From assembly GCA_964007735.1 (NCBI GenBank), contig CAXGAI010000011.1:107785-127784 (forward strand): 20,000 nucleotides of DNA. Direction: 5' to 3'. Positions 1-7,838 of the stretch are shown in pieces. This DNA is from an uncultured Rhodopirellula sp. (lineage in GTDB: Bacteria > Planctomycetota > Planctomycetia > Pirellulales > Pirellulaceae). The position numbers and the translations under genes were made by a program. Each line of letters begins with the position of its first letter. Position 1 is the first letter of the stretch. The notes beneath the pieces were generated by a model. The model was not told the DNA's origin and made no database searches. It saw only the letters and a program-made list of their open reading frames with translations.

Positions 1-1
1 T

Positions 2-2851
2 TCCATCACCTTGAGTAACGTTCACTATATTAATCGTTTCGCCCGTATCGGGAGCGATTGAGTCGTTGTCCATTAAGTCCAGAAGAATGTTGAAGTCATC
101 CTCATTCACCGAATTAAAAACATCATCATTGGCTGTTGGGGGATCCTGAACAGGAAATACCTGCACGGTAACAGTAGCCTGTGAACTTCCTGATTCGTCT
201 CCGGCTGTATAAGTGAATACCTCTTGCCCAAAGTAGTCCGCAGACGGAGCATACTCCAAACTCTTGCCATCAGATGCAATGGAGACCACACCGCCATTAC
301 TTGGCGTAGATACTGAGGAAATGATTAATGTGTTATCTGAGTCACCATCATTGCTGAGCACATTTAGAGTATTCCCGGAAGTGTCTTCGTCGAAATTGTA
401 AGCATCATCGGTTGGACTGAAACCCAGCCCAACTTGCAGATCCAATGAATTAAAAACAATCACATCTGAATCAATCGCTGTATTTGTACCAAAAAGCAAT
501 GTATCAGTATGTGGACTATTGTCAGCAGACTCGGCTGCAATGGTTACTGCTCCGGCAGAAACCGCTCGCATAGGCACACTAAAAACCAGGAATTGCCCGC
601 CCCCTAACTCATTAAACCCGCCTGTACCGCCAGCCTCGTCTATTAGATTTCCGCTGGAAGTATCGCCGGTATGAACATTGGGGAATGCTGTGCCATAGGT
701 TAAAGGACCGGTTACTTCAACACGATTGTCACTCCAAACAACATCCAAGTAAGCCGAGAAAGCTCCTCGCGGAGTCTCTCGCAAGTCCTCGACTAAAACC
801 CGTAATACAAAATCATCGCCGACTGTAACTGCCGAGACAGCATTGCCATCGGCATCCGTAAGTTCTAACGAATACTCAACTAAAGCATCACCGTCTACGT
901 CCAAATTTGCCACTAAATCACGAATATTACCCGCTGCATCCGTGGCACGAACGGTAAAGGTATTAATTCCAAGCTGATTTGCATTGGGACGCCATTGCAG
1001 AACACCGGTGGAAGAATCCACACTCAAGCCCATCGGCTCCCCAATCGTTGCGTAAGAGAAACCCGCTGTCCCCTCTTCAGAGTTATTGATATTGAAAGAA
1101 TAGTCTTGAGCTAATGGGACGGTTTCTGTTAATCCCGACTCGAACGATCCAACTGACGAATCAATGCTGATGTTTAATGCTGAAGACGGAATGCTCTCAA
1201 CCCCCTCAGAAATCTGAGTCGCTGTAATTGCAACTTGCCCGTCTTCAATGAGGAGATTTCCTGCTGTCGTAATCGTCACCTGTGTCCCGGTGGCGGTGGC
1301 AGAACCGATTTCGTTCGTTCCGGCAAACAAACGAACGAGAGCGCCATTTTCTACACCATCTACAATGAAACTAAGCGCTGTCGACGAGGATACGTTGTTG
1401 TGATTTGTAATATCATCGGCATCACTTACCCCAGAATCAGAAATCGACGCTAAATCAATGGAGGTTGGAGGCTGGATCAGGCGATTAGAAAAATCTTTAT
1501 TCTCAATATGCTCACCAACCCTTAAGTCCAAACTATGACTCGCCGGATCATTCGGAAGCGTTTGCTTATAAGGAGAGGAAGCCAGTTGCTTGAGTTGATG
1601 TGTACCGATCGGTAACCGCAGTGAATAAATACCGTCTGCATTAGTTTGCACCGAGAATTCGTTTGCATCTAATACGTTATCACCATCTGTGTCACTAAAA
1701 ACTGTAAAGCCTTCTAAACCTGTCTCTGTTTCTGAATCAAACACTCCGTTGCTATTACTATCTGCGTATACACGTCCACTGACAGTAGCATCTGCCATCA
1801 CATCAGTGAAGGCCACGAGTTGATTCCCCACAGCAACTGGTAAATCAGTAAATGCCCCACCAAGATTCTGGCGTCCGAGAGCAGCAATCGAATCCGCTGC
1901 CGCCATATCTAGAATCTTAGCAAAGACCGTGAATCCACCATTTTGACTGTCCAGATTAGCACTGTTGTCCGCCAAATTTACAAACCACTGACTAGTTGCA
2001 CTATTAGGATCCCCGCCTAATTTGGCCATCGCAACAGTGCCCCGGGTATTGGAAACAGCAAATTCATTGATTACAGGGCTATCCGTAGGAACGGAACTAA
2101 GTTGACTTGTACTCGTAAGCGTCGGACTATCCGTAATAAAACCGCCGCCCTGAATTACAAACCCTGGTACCGAGCGATGGATAATTGATCCCTGATAGTC
2201 ACCGTCGGAAACATAATTCAAGAAGTTTTCAACCGTATTGGGGGCCGCCTCCGATAGCATCTCGAATAGAAGCGTCCCACTATTGCTTTCCAGTGCCACA
2301 ATGTCTGAAGAACCGTATACCAACACGATACGGTCATTGTTGTGAATTTGATAATCAGCATACGAGTGTACCGGCGTGCCATTGACGTACATCCGTAGGA
2401 CGTTGTCGGCATCAACAACATCACCCATTAACTCCGTTGTTGAAAATGTCGCAGCCGCGTTATTGCCTATATCACCCGCCGAAGTACGCCAAGTTTCAAA
2501 GATGTCACCAACCGTAACGTACTCAGTTGGAGTGTCTATAAGGTCATCACCATCAATATCTGCAGGGGCAATCGAAACCGAACTTCCGACTCCAGAAGTC
2601 GTGACAAAAGCCGAATCTTCGCCTGAGGTAACCCCGAGATTTGCAGGTAGGTCTACTAAAGCCCCATCGCTGTAAATTAGCACATCAGCTTGAATGGTAT
2701 CCCCTAGATCATGTCCCGGAACAGCACCATGCGGAGTGTCCGTAACACCATATAGTAATTGACGAGACTCAAGCCGTTCTATCGCCAGCCCCTGCAAAAA
2801 ACGTTGGCGTCGCTGTTGTGTCTTCGAACGTTTAAATAACCCACGCAACAT
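2..2851 (-). CDS. Large secreted/surface multidomain protein with cyclophilin-type peptidyl-prolyl isomerase domain and Ig/cadherin-like repeats (3' end runs off the window)
   Basis: Manual minus-strand translation from ATG at 2851 (upstream AGGAAGG SD-like) is open for 950 codons to the window edge. It begins MLRGLFKRSKTQQRRQRFLQGLAIERLESRQLL (Planctomycete extracellular motif). Cyclophilin motifs are APNTVENFLNY, HRSVPGFVIQGGG and NTRGTVAMAKLGGDPNSATSQWFVNL...GGFTVFAK (~1880-2300). These are followed by SdrD-B-like SGRVYADSNSNG, Ig-like DSGVSDADDITN, He_PIG-like DSSTGVLQWRP, cohesin-like GAFSAYLDVVW, and Big_9/tandem-95-like DDAYNFDED..NVLSND and PTANDD segments. Confidence 0.92.
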   Translation of the reverse strand, partial: MLRGLFKRSKTQQRRQRFLQGLAIERLESRQLLYGVTDTPHGAVPGHDLGDTIQADVLIYSDGALVDLPANLGVTSGEDSAFVTTSGVGSSVSIAPADIDGDDLIDTPTEYVTVGDIFETWRTSAGDIGNNAAATFSTTELMGDVVDADNVLRMYVNGTPVHSYADYQIHNNDRIVLVYGSSDIVALESNSGTLLFEMLSEAAPNTVENFLNYVSDGDYQGSIIHRSVPGFVIQGGGFITDSPTLTSTSQLSSVPTDSPVINEFAVSNTRGTVAMAKLGGDPNSATSQWFVNLADNSANLDSQNGGFTVFAKILDMAAADSIAALGRQNLGGAFTDLPVAVGNQLVAFTDVMADATVSGRVYADSNSNGVFDSETETGLEGFTVFSDTDGDNVLDANEFSVQTNADGIYSLRLPIGTHQLKQLASSPYKQTLPNDPASHSLDLRVGEHIENKDFSNRLIQPPTSIDLASISDSGVSDADDITNHNNVSSSTALSFIVDGVENGALVRLFAGTNEIGSATATGTQVTITTAGNLLIEDGQVAITATQISEGVESIPSSALNISIDSSVGSFESGLTETVPLAQDYSFNINNSEEGTAGFSYATIGEPMGLSVDSSTGVLQWRPNANQLGINTFTVRATDAAGNIRDLVANLDVDGDALVEYSLELTDADGNAVSAVTVGDDFVLRVLVEDLRETPRGAFSAYLDVVWSDNRVEVTGPLTYGTAFPNVHTGDTSSGNLIDEAGGTGGFNELGGGQFLVFSVPMRAVSAGAVTIAAESADNSPHTDTLLFGTNTAIDSDVIVFNSLDLQVGLGFSPTDDAYNFDEDTSGNTLNVLSNDGDSDNTLIISSVSTPSNGGVVSIASDGKSLEYAPSADYFGQEVFTYTAGDESGSSQATVTVQVFPVQDPPTANDDVFNSVNEDDFNILLDLMDNDSIAPDTGETINIVNVTQGDG

Positions 2852-3166
2852 AACTCTAAAACCTTCCTACATTGCCTAAAATACCTAATTTATAATAATC
2901 AGGCGACGGGGACTTCACTATCTAGATTTGCCGAAATCCTCAAGTTCACCCTAATAAACGGATGAAAATTGATCACGGATTTGGTTTAGTTTTTTTGATC
3001 CACAAGCCAGACTTCTACCAGCATCGTGGATTGTGAAGAATCCTAAAAAAGCGAAGACGGCACAACCCTAATCAGGAGGTAACAGACATTTACTGCTCAT
3101 CTTAGAACACAATCAGCGCAATTGATTAAAAAGAGGAAACACCCAATTTGAAGGGTTCTAAACGAG

Positions 3167-4141
3167 TTAGGCACGATAATATTCGTGGCATTCCGTACAG
3201 GCCTTAGAAATTTCTCCAACAGCTTTACTAGCACGGTCGGCGTCATTCAATTTTACAGCATCTGCAATTTCACGAGCGGCGGCCTTCATCGAATTCGAGA
3301 AATTCATATAATCCTCATCCTCACCATCTTCCATCTCTGGCTTTAACAACATTTCGGACAATGCCGCGACGATCTCCGCCTCATGAAATACTTTTTCAAC
3401 ATTGTCTTCAAATGTCGTGGCATCTGCAGTCCAGGGCTTCAAACGCTCATTTAACGCAATCTCCAATCGCTGCATGACAGGTGAGCGATCAATCAGTTTT
3501 CCCCACGTAAAATCATCCGGATTCGGCTTGAGGTCGGGAGAGGCTCCTCCAACTAAATCTTCCAAATCGGCTTTACGAAGTTTCGACTCGTTGTAAGATG
3601 CATCTGTCCCAACCTTACAATTGGCTGCTACTTTTCCAAACGCATCCCGTGCCCCCAACGCCTGCTTCTTCCACCGGACATCACCGTCATACTCAGCAAT
3701 CACTCCAAACATGGCAGCTAATGTCGAAAAGTAAAGGCGAGCGGACTGGTAATCTCCCCCCTTAAACTTTCCGGGCACACCAACAACCTTATCCACTTCT
3801 AGCTTCGTCGCCTTAATCTCATCTTCCAACGTCACATTTGAAATCAACGACGCCCACGCTCCAACACTAGCCCCACCTTCTTTACCGTCGGTTGTCCCGG
3901 CTAAATTCGTGGGACTACCCGTTTGCATCGGAACCGTATTAATCTGCCGAGGTCCATCGAGACGTGTCTGTGGGTTATCAAAGAAAATAGCTTTCAGGTC
4001 CTGCCGCTCCTTGAAGTCCGGTAATTTAACACGCTTCACCTTAGGTTTACCCTGAGCAAACACCAACATTGCTGGCAAAACGAATAAAGCCAACACGAAT
4101 AAACACCTAATCTTACGACCGATCATAAAATTTTTTCTCAC
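3167..4141 (-). CDS. Exported class II (cytochrome c'/c556-like) monoheme cytochrome c with N-terminal extension
   Basis: 324-aa ORF with a signal-peptide-like N-terminus (RKIRCLFVLALFVLPAMLVFA-Q). The single CxxCH (CTECH, aa 315-319) lies at the extreme C-terminus after helical segments, as in class II cytochromes. The start may be GTG 4141 or ATG 4126. Confidence 0.82.
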   Translation of the reverse strand: MRKNFMIGRKIRCLFVLALFVLPAMLVFAQGKPKVKRVKLPDFKERQDLKAIFFDNPQTRLDGPRQINTVPMQTGSPTNLAGTTDGKEGGASVGAWASLISNVTLEDEIKATKLEVDKVVGVPGKFKGGDYQSARLYFSTLAAMFGVIAEYDGDVRWKKQALGARDAFGKVAANCKVGTDASYNESKLRKADLEDLVGGASPDLKPNPDDFTWGKLIDRSPVMQRLEIALNERLKPWTADATTFEDNVEKVFHEAEIVAALSEMLLKPEMEDGEDEDYMNFSNSMKAAAREIADAVKLNDADRASKAVGEISKACTECHEYYRA

Positions 4142-4142
4142 T

Positions 4143-4172
4143 TTGACAAAACAACTCTGCCCACTGCATTAT
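4143..4172 (+). promoter_or_regulatory. Candidate sigma70-type promoter for apbE
   Basis: TTGACA (4143-4148), 18-bp spacer, CATTAT (4167-4172), about 110 bp upstream of the apbE ATG. Motif match only. Confidence 0.3.
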
Positions 4173-4281
4173 TAGAGCATCCTCCCCCATTGACAAGCCA
4201 TTCACAACTTCGGGCAACGCAATCATAATAAAAAGTACGCTTCTAACTGCAGCATTCAATATATCGACTATTTACCGCTAA

Positions 4282-5400
4282 ATGCCTAAGCCAACTTCAC
4301 ACCGTCGCGAATTCCTCAAAGGCAAGGCGCTGCAAAAGTCCCTTACAGACAAAGCCTTTGCACACCAACCAACACGAACAGCTGCCAACCCTATCGCTCC
4401 CGATAACTCCCCGTCCTACCTCCTTCACATAGCACGAAAGGCAATGGCATGTGATTTCCAGATCTTCCTCAATGCAGGTGAACAACAAAACGCCACCGAA
4501 GCAGCTGTCGAAGCGTTGGATGGCGTGGAGGAAGTTGAAAATATCCTTTCAATCCATCGCTCTCACACTAGCGCATCAAAGTTAAACCAAGATGGCGGGA
4601 CAAAAGCAGTGCAAGTTGACCCCGTACTGTTAGAAATCCTCAAACAAGCCAAACAACTTTGGCGACAAACTGACGGTGCCTTCGATATTACTTCAACAGC
4701 ACTTTCCAAGCTCTGGGGGTTCCATCAAAAAGAACATCAATTACCTACCCAAAAAGAGATCGAACAAACACTAACCCAAGTCGGCTCCGAACACCTCATC
4801 ATTAACGAAGACGGCAGTGTTCAGTTTGCAAAACCTCAGCTTCAAATCAACCTTGGCAGTATCGGCAAAGGTTATGCACTTGACCGCTGTCACCAACACT
4901 TCGCTGCCCACGGTCTTACAAACTACCTGTTCCACGGAGGAATGAGCTCAGTACTAGCAAAAGGTCAACGCCTCAATCACAACTCACATGGCCTCGGGTG
5001 GCAAATCGGATTGAGGCATCCGCTAGTGCCAGAACAGTATCTGGCTCATCTTTGGCTTGACAACCTTGCTGCAGGTACATCCGGTGACGCGAATCAATTT
5101 TTCTACAACCAAGGAAAACGCTACGGCCATATCCTTGACCCTCGAACCGGACACCCCGTTGAAAAAGTACTGTCAGCAACAGCCTTCTGCTCAACGGCAG
5201 CCGAAGCCGATGCGTTAGCCACAGCTTTTTATGTCATGGGGCCTAAGCACACAGCCGAATATTGCCAGCAATATGATGCCGGCTTTCTTATTGTTGAACA
5301 GTGTCGGCAAAATCGTGCAACTCGCCTGCATATCAAAGGCATTGCCCAAAACCAAATTGAACTTATCGATCCAGCTGCCGAAGTCGTCTTTTACAACTAA
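4282..5400 (+). CDS. apbE: FAD:protein FMN transferase (ApbE family)
   Basis: ApbE motifs AMAC (MGT-like), TDGAFDIT, LWGF, INLGSIGKGYALD, GWQIGLRHP, GTSGD, YGHILDPRTG and ADALATAFYVMG. Confidence 0.93.
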   Translation: MPKPTSHRREFLKGKALQKSLTDKAFAHQPTRTAANPIAPDNSPSYLLHIARKAMACDFQIFLNAGEQQNATEAAVEALDGVEEVENILSIHRSHTSASKLNQDGGTKAVQVDPVLLEILKQAKQLWRQTDGAFDITSTALSKLWGFHQKEHQLPTQKEIEQTLTQVGSEHLIINEDGSVQFAKPQLQINLGSIGKGYALDRCHQHFAAHGLTNYLFHGGMSSVLAKGQRLNHNSHGLGWQIGLRHPLVPEQYLAHLWLDNLAAGTSGDANQFFYNQGKRYGHILDPRTGHPVEKVLSATAFCSTAAEADALATAFYVMGPKHTAEYCQQYDAGFLIVEQCRQNRATRLHIKGIAQNQIELIDPAAEVVFYN

Positions 5401-5426
5401 AGACCAAATGAATGACAAAAGGTTTT

Positions 5427-6449
5427 TTAACGCAGCTGCAGTAAAACAGGCTTCCCTGCTGTCAAAGCCTCAATTGTCTGGGCTCCTCCCGCTTCACCTA
5501 AGAGCTGTTGAAGCCGTCGTTGGGAGCTTACCGCCAGTACCCGGTCATGTTTATCTGCGGCAAACACCTGCCACAACTGTGGATTCCATTTCATTGTTGC
5601 AATAACGGATTCTACAGAATCGCGTTCGACCACCTTGTACTTCTCAAAGATCAACTGAAGCCTCGTCCGCTGCTCAACAGACAATCCCGAATAGTCTACA
5701 TTCTCAAGTACTCCAACAAGCGGTCGACCAATTGACCGCAATTGACGATCCGCCTGCTGCCGAACCGCAAACGATTCATCATCCAGCAACGCAACCAGAG
5801 CACGAACATGAGACACCTCGAGTTGCACTGGCGAAAGAGACAAGCGTTTTAACCCCGCCAACGCCTCGTTATAAAGCAGCGAAACATGAGTTCCTGGACA
5901 AAGACGGTCCAACATTTCCACTACATACTTCCGTTGCGATTCAGGTATCAACAATAATCCTAACCACAATCGAGTTGAGACATACTCGGCAATGCTACCT
6001 TCTTTCTCAATTTGAATCCGAATGGGGCCTGTCGCCGACTGACGCAACTGTACGTTCACTCCGGCTATTTCCCGACGAACAAAGAAAACTCCTGCAATGT
6101 CGTACTCAAGCTGTAGAAGTTCCTGTGGCGTCTCCAACGCGTATTTAATACGGTATTTCCCAGGCAACGCTCTCACCATCAAATGCTCTTCAGCTTTCTC
6201 GCTGTCATGGTAAAGCGTTAACGATCTGCTTTGAGTCCGTCGAATATCCTGTGCCAAAATGCGACCGTCAAACACTCCAAACTTCAGCCATGAAGATTTG
6301 ACAATAAATGGGGTTAAGACCTTATCGTTTTGTGCCCGGTTCTTCTGTACTTCCTGCCCAAGCAGGAACCCACCCGAACCCATGGATACACCAACCACAC
6401 AAACTGAAATCTTTACGGCACAACAGAACTGACAAAAAGCAGCATGCAT
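5427..6449 (-). CDS. Hypothetical protein with HEAT-like helical motif, possibly exported
   Basis: ~340-aa ORF; GGAG lies 7 nt upstream of ATG 6449 (track start GTG 6452). Hydrophobic N-terminus. The segment LVALLDDESFAVRQQADRQLRSIG is HEAT-like and typical of Planctomycete hypotheticals. Confidence 0.7.
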   Translation of the reverse strand: MHAAFCQFCCAVKISVCVVGVSMGSGGFLLGQEVQKNRAQNDKVLTPFIVKSSWLKFGVFDGRILAQDIRRTQSRSLTLYHDSEKAEEHLMVRALPGKYRIKYALETPQELLQLEYDIAGVFFVRREIAGVNVQLRQSATGPIRIQIEKEGSIAEYVSTRLWLGLLLIPESQRKYVVEMLDRLCPGTHVSLLYNEALAGLKRLSLSPVQLEVSHVRALVALLDDESFAVRQQADRQLRSIGRPLVGVLENVDYSGLSVEQRTRLQLIFEKYKVVERDSVESVIATMKWNPQLWQVFAADKHDRVLAVSSQRRLQQLLGEAGGAQTIEALTAGKPVLLQLR

Positions 6450-6520
6450 CACAAAACTCCATACCGGAACTTCCCCCCGGTTAAGAATAGCAATACTCAG
6501 AAAATCAAAGACGCGTGCAC

Positions 6521-6562
6521 AAAAAAAGGACTCTGAGCATACGAAGTGTAAGCCAAGAGCCC
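6521..6562 (-). terminator. Probable rho-independent terminator downstream of the His-rich protein gene
   Basis: The minus strand reads GGGCTCT-TGGCTTACACTTCGTATGCTC-AGAGTCC-TTTTTTT, a long imperfect stem followed by U7, 36 nt after the stop at 6599. Confidence 0.65.
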
Positions 6563-6598
6563 AGTTAAATGAATATCAATTAGACCGTAACTGTCCGG

Positions 6599-7753
6599 CT
6601 ATTGATCGCGTTGCTCCAAGAAATGCTTCACGCGTTCTAATTCCTGATGAAGACGGTGCAAATGTTCTTCCAATTCAAGGACATGACGCACCACATCCTC
6701 TCGACTAATGTCCTCGCGATCATGCTGGCCCTCGTGGTGCCTCTGATCATGCTGGCCATCGTGGTGCCTCTGATCATGATTGCCCTGGTGGATCTTCTCA
6801 GCAGTTTCAGCTGCGAGATGAGCTAATTCTCCGAAGCCTCCAGCCCGAAGATGCTCAATCGCAATATGAAGGTGTTCCAAACGCTCATCTATACCATCAT
6901 GGTGCTCACGATCACCCTCACCTTCGTGATGTTCATCCCGATCCTGCCTGTGCTCTAGCTCATGTCGTTCGGCGTCATCTTCATGATCATGAGATCGGTC
7001 TTCCTCTCCTAAAATCTCTTCAACTTCACGCAACTTCCAAAACAAATTCTCCTGATGCTGAGCAAGTTCTTCTACAGCACTTTCGTCACCTGCCTCTTGA
7101 GCTTCTCGTAAACGGCCTTCATTCTGTTTCAGCTGTTGAATCAACACCTCGTGAAAATACTCAAGTTTTCGGCGATCTTCTTCGTTGTCATGACGCCCAA
7201 AATCATGTTCTTCAGGATGCTCATGACGCTCGCGGCCATTTAACTCCTGTTCAACATCCTTTAGCTTTCCAAGTATTTCATCAAAGTGCCGCTTCAATTC
7301 ACGAACTTCTTCTTCGTTTCCTTCATTGGATGCAGCTTCGATATGCTTCTCAAGCTCCCCAAGTTCATGTCGCAATGCGTTACGATGCTCGTCAAGCTCT
7401 GATCGTTTTTCTCCATCACGATGATGCTCACGCTCTTCACCTTGAAGCTCTTGTTCTACGTGAAGAAGCTCTTCATGCAACTCTTCCAGAAACTGCCGCA
7501 GTTCTCGGATTTGGCCTTCCTTGCCGGCCTCGCGTGCCTTATCAAACTGATCCTGTACACGGTTAATCTCAGCACGGATTTCCCTGGCATGACCAGCCAA
7601 TTCTTCAAGATGCTCAGCTTCCTGGCGAGACGCTTCGCGACGCTCTTGTTGGTCAGAAGGTGGATTCTCTACCTTATCCTGAGCGGAACTGATTCCCACC
7701 GTAAAACCAGTAAACATTAACCCGCAAAAGGTAAGCGCGATAAATCGCTTCAT
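6599..7753 (-). CDS. Secreted His/Glu-rich coiled-coil repeat protein (hypothetical, possible metal-binding)
   Basis: 384 aa; AAGGA upstream; Sec signal MKRFIALTFCGLMFTGFTVGISSA-Q. About 41 His by manual count, very Glu/Arg-rich, with three similar helical-hairpin units. Confidence 0.85.
   Translation of the reverse strand: MKRFIALTFCGLMFTGFTVGISSAQDKVENPPSDQQERREASRQEAEHLEELAGHAREIRAEINRVQDQFDKAREAGKEGQIRELRQFLEELHEELLHVEQELQGEEREHHRDGEKRSELDEHRNALRHELGELEKHIEAASNEGNEEEVRELKRHFDEILGKLKDVEQELNGRERHEHPEEHDFGRHDNEEDRRKLEYFHEVLIQQLKQNEGRLREAQEAGDESAVEELAQHQENLFWKLREVEEILGEEDRSHDHEDDAERHELEHRQDRDEHHEGEGDREHHDGIDERLEHLHIAIEHLRAGGFGELAHLAAETAEKIHQGNHDQRHHDGQHDQRHHEGQHDREDISREDVVRHVLELEEHLHRLHQELERVKHFLEQRDQ
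6721..6774. repeat. 27-bp in-frame tandem repeat (2 copies, 1 mismatch) encoding (H)DQRHH[D/E]GQH
   Basis: catgctggccctcgtggtgcctctgat (6721-6747) followed by catgctggccatcgtggtgcctctgat (6748-6774). Confidence 0.95.
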
Positions 7754-7838
7754 GACTTTCGTCCTTTAAATATAGTTCTTTATGCAGCTACTATAAGGTG
7801 AGCATATACGTAAGATAGGAAAGTTGCAACGACTAGTA

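Noticed and set aside
106..2675. Short track ORFs 106-297, 1235-1453, 2185-2385, 2218-2424 and 2376-2675
   Set aside because: All lie within the 950-codon minus-strand gene, in other frames or antisense, and have no recognisable motifs.
2852..3166. 315-bp intergenic region as ncRNA or terminator (AATCA-N7-TGATT; ACCC-N8-GGGT)
   Set aside because: Only 4-5 bp stems at chance level, with no recognisable RNA family.
3540..3880. GGAS motifs in the cytochrome (EGGASV, VGGASP) as ApbE flavinylation sites
   Set aside because: They lack the leading Ser/Thr and the D-x-x-[ST]GA[ST] context of known FMN acceptor sites.
4190..4229. Second TTGACA (4190-4195) with CATAAT (4224-4229)
   Set aside because: The 28-bp spacing is incompatible with a sigma70 promoter.
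5231..6148. Plus-strand ORFs 5231-5605, 5508-5735 and 5732-6148
   Set aside because: Shadow ORFs overlapping apbE or antisense to the longer 5427-6449 gene; no motifs or convincing RBS.
6721..6774. 27-bp repeats as a mini CRISPR array
   Set aside because: The units are contiguous with no spacers, are in frame within a CDS, and no cas genes are present.
7330..7720. Antisense ORFs over the His-rich gene
   Set aside because: Explained by the biased GAA/CAT/GAG codon content of the sense gene, which suppresses antisense stops.
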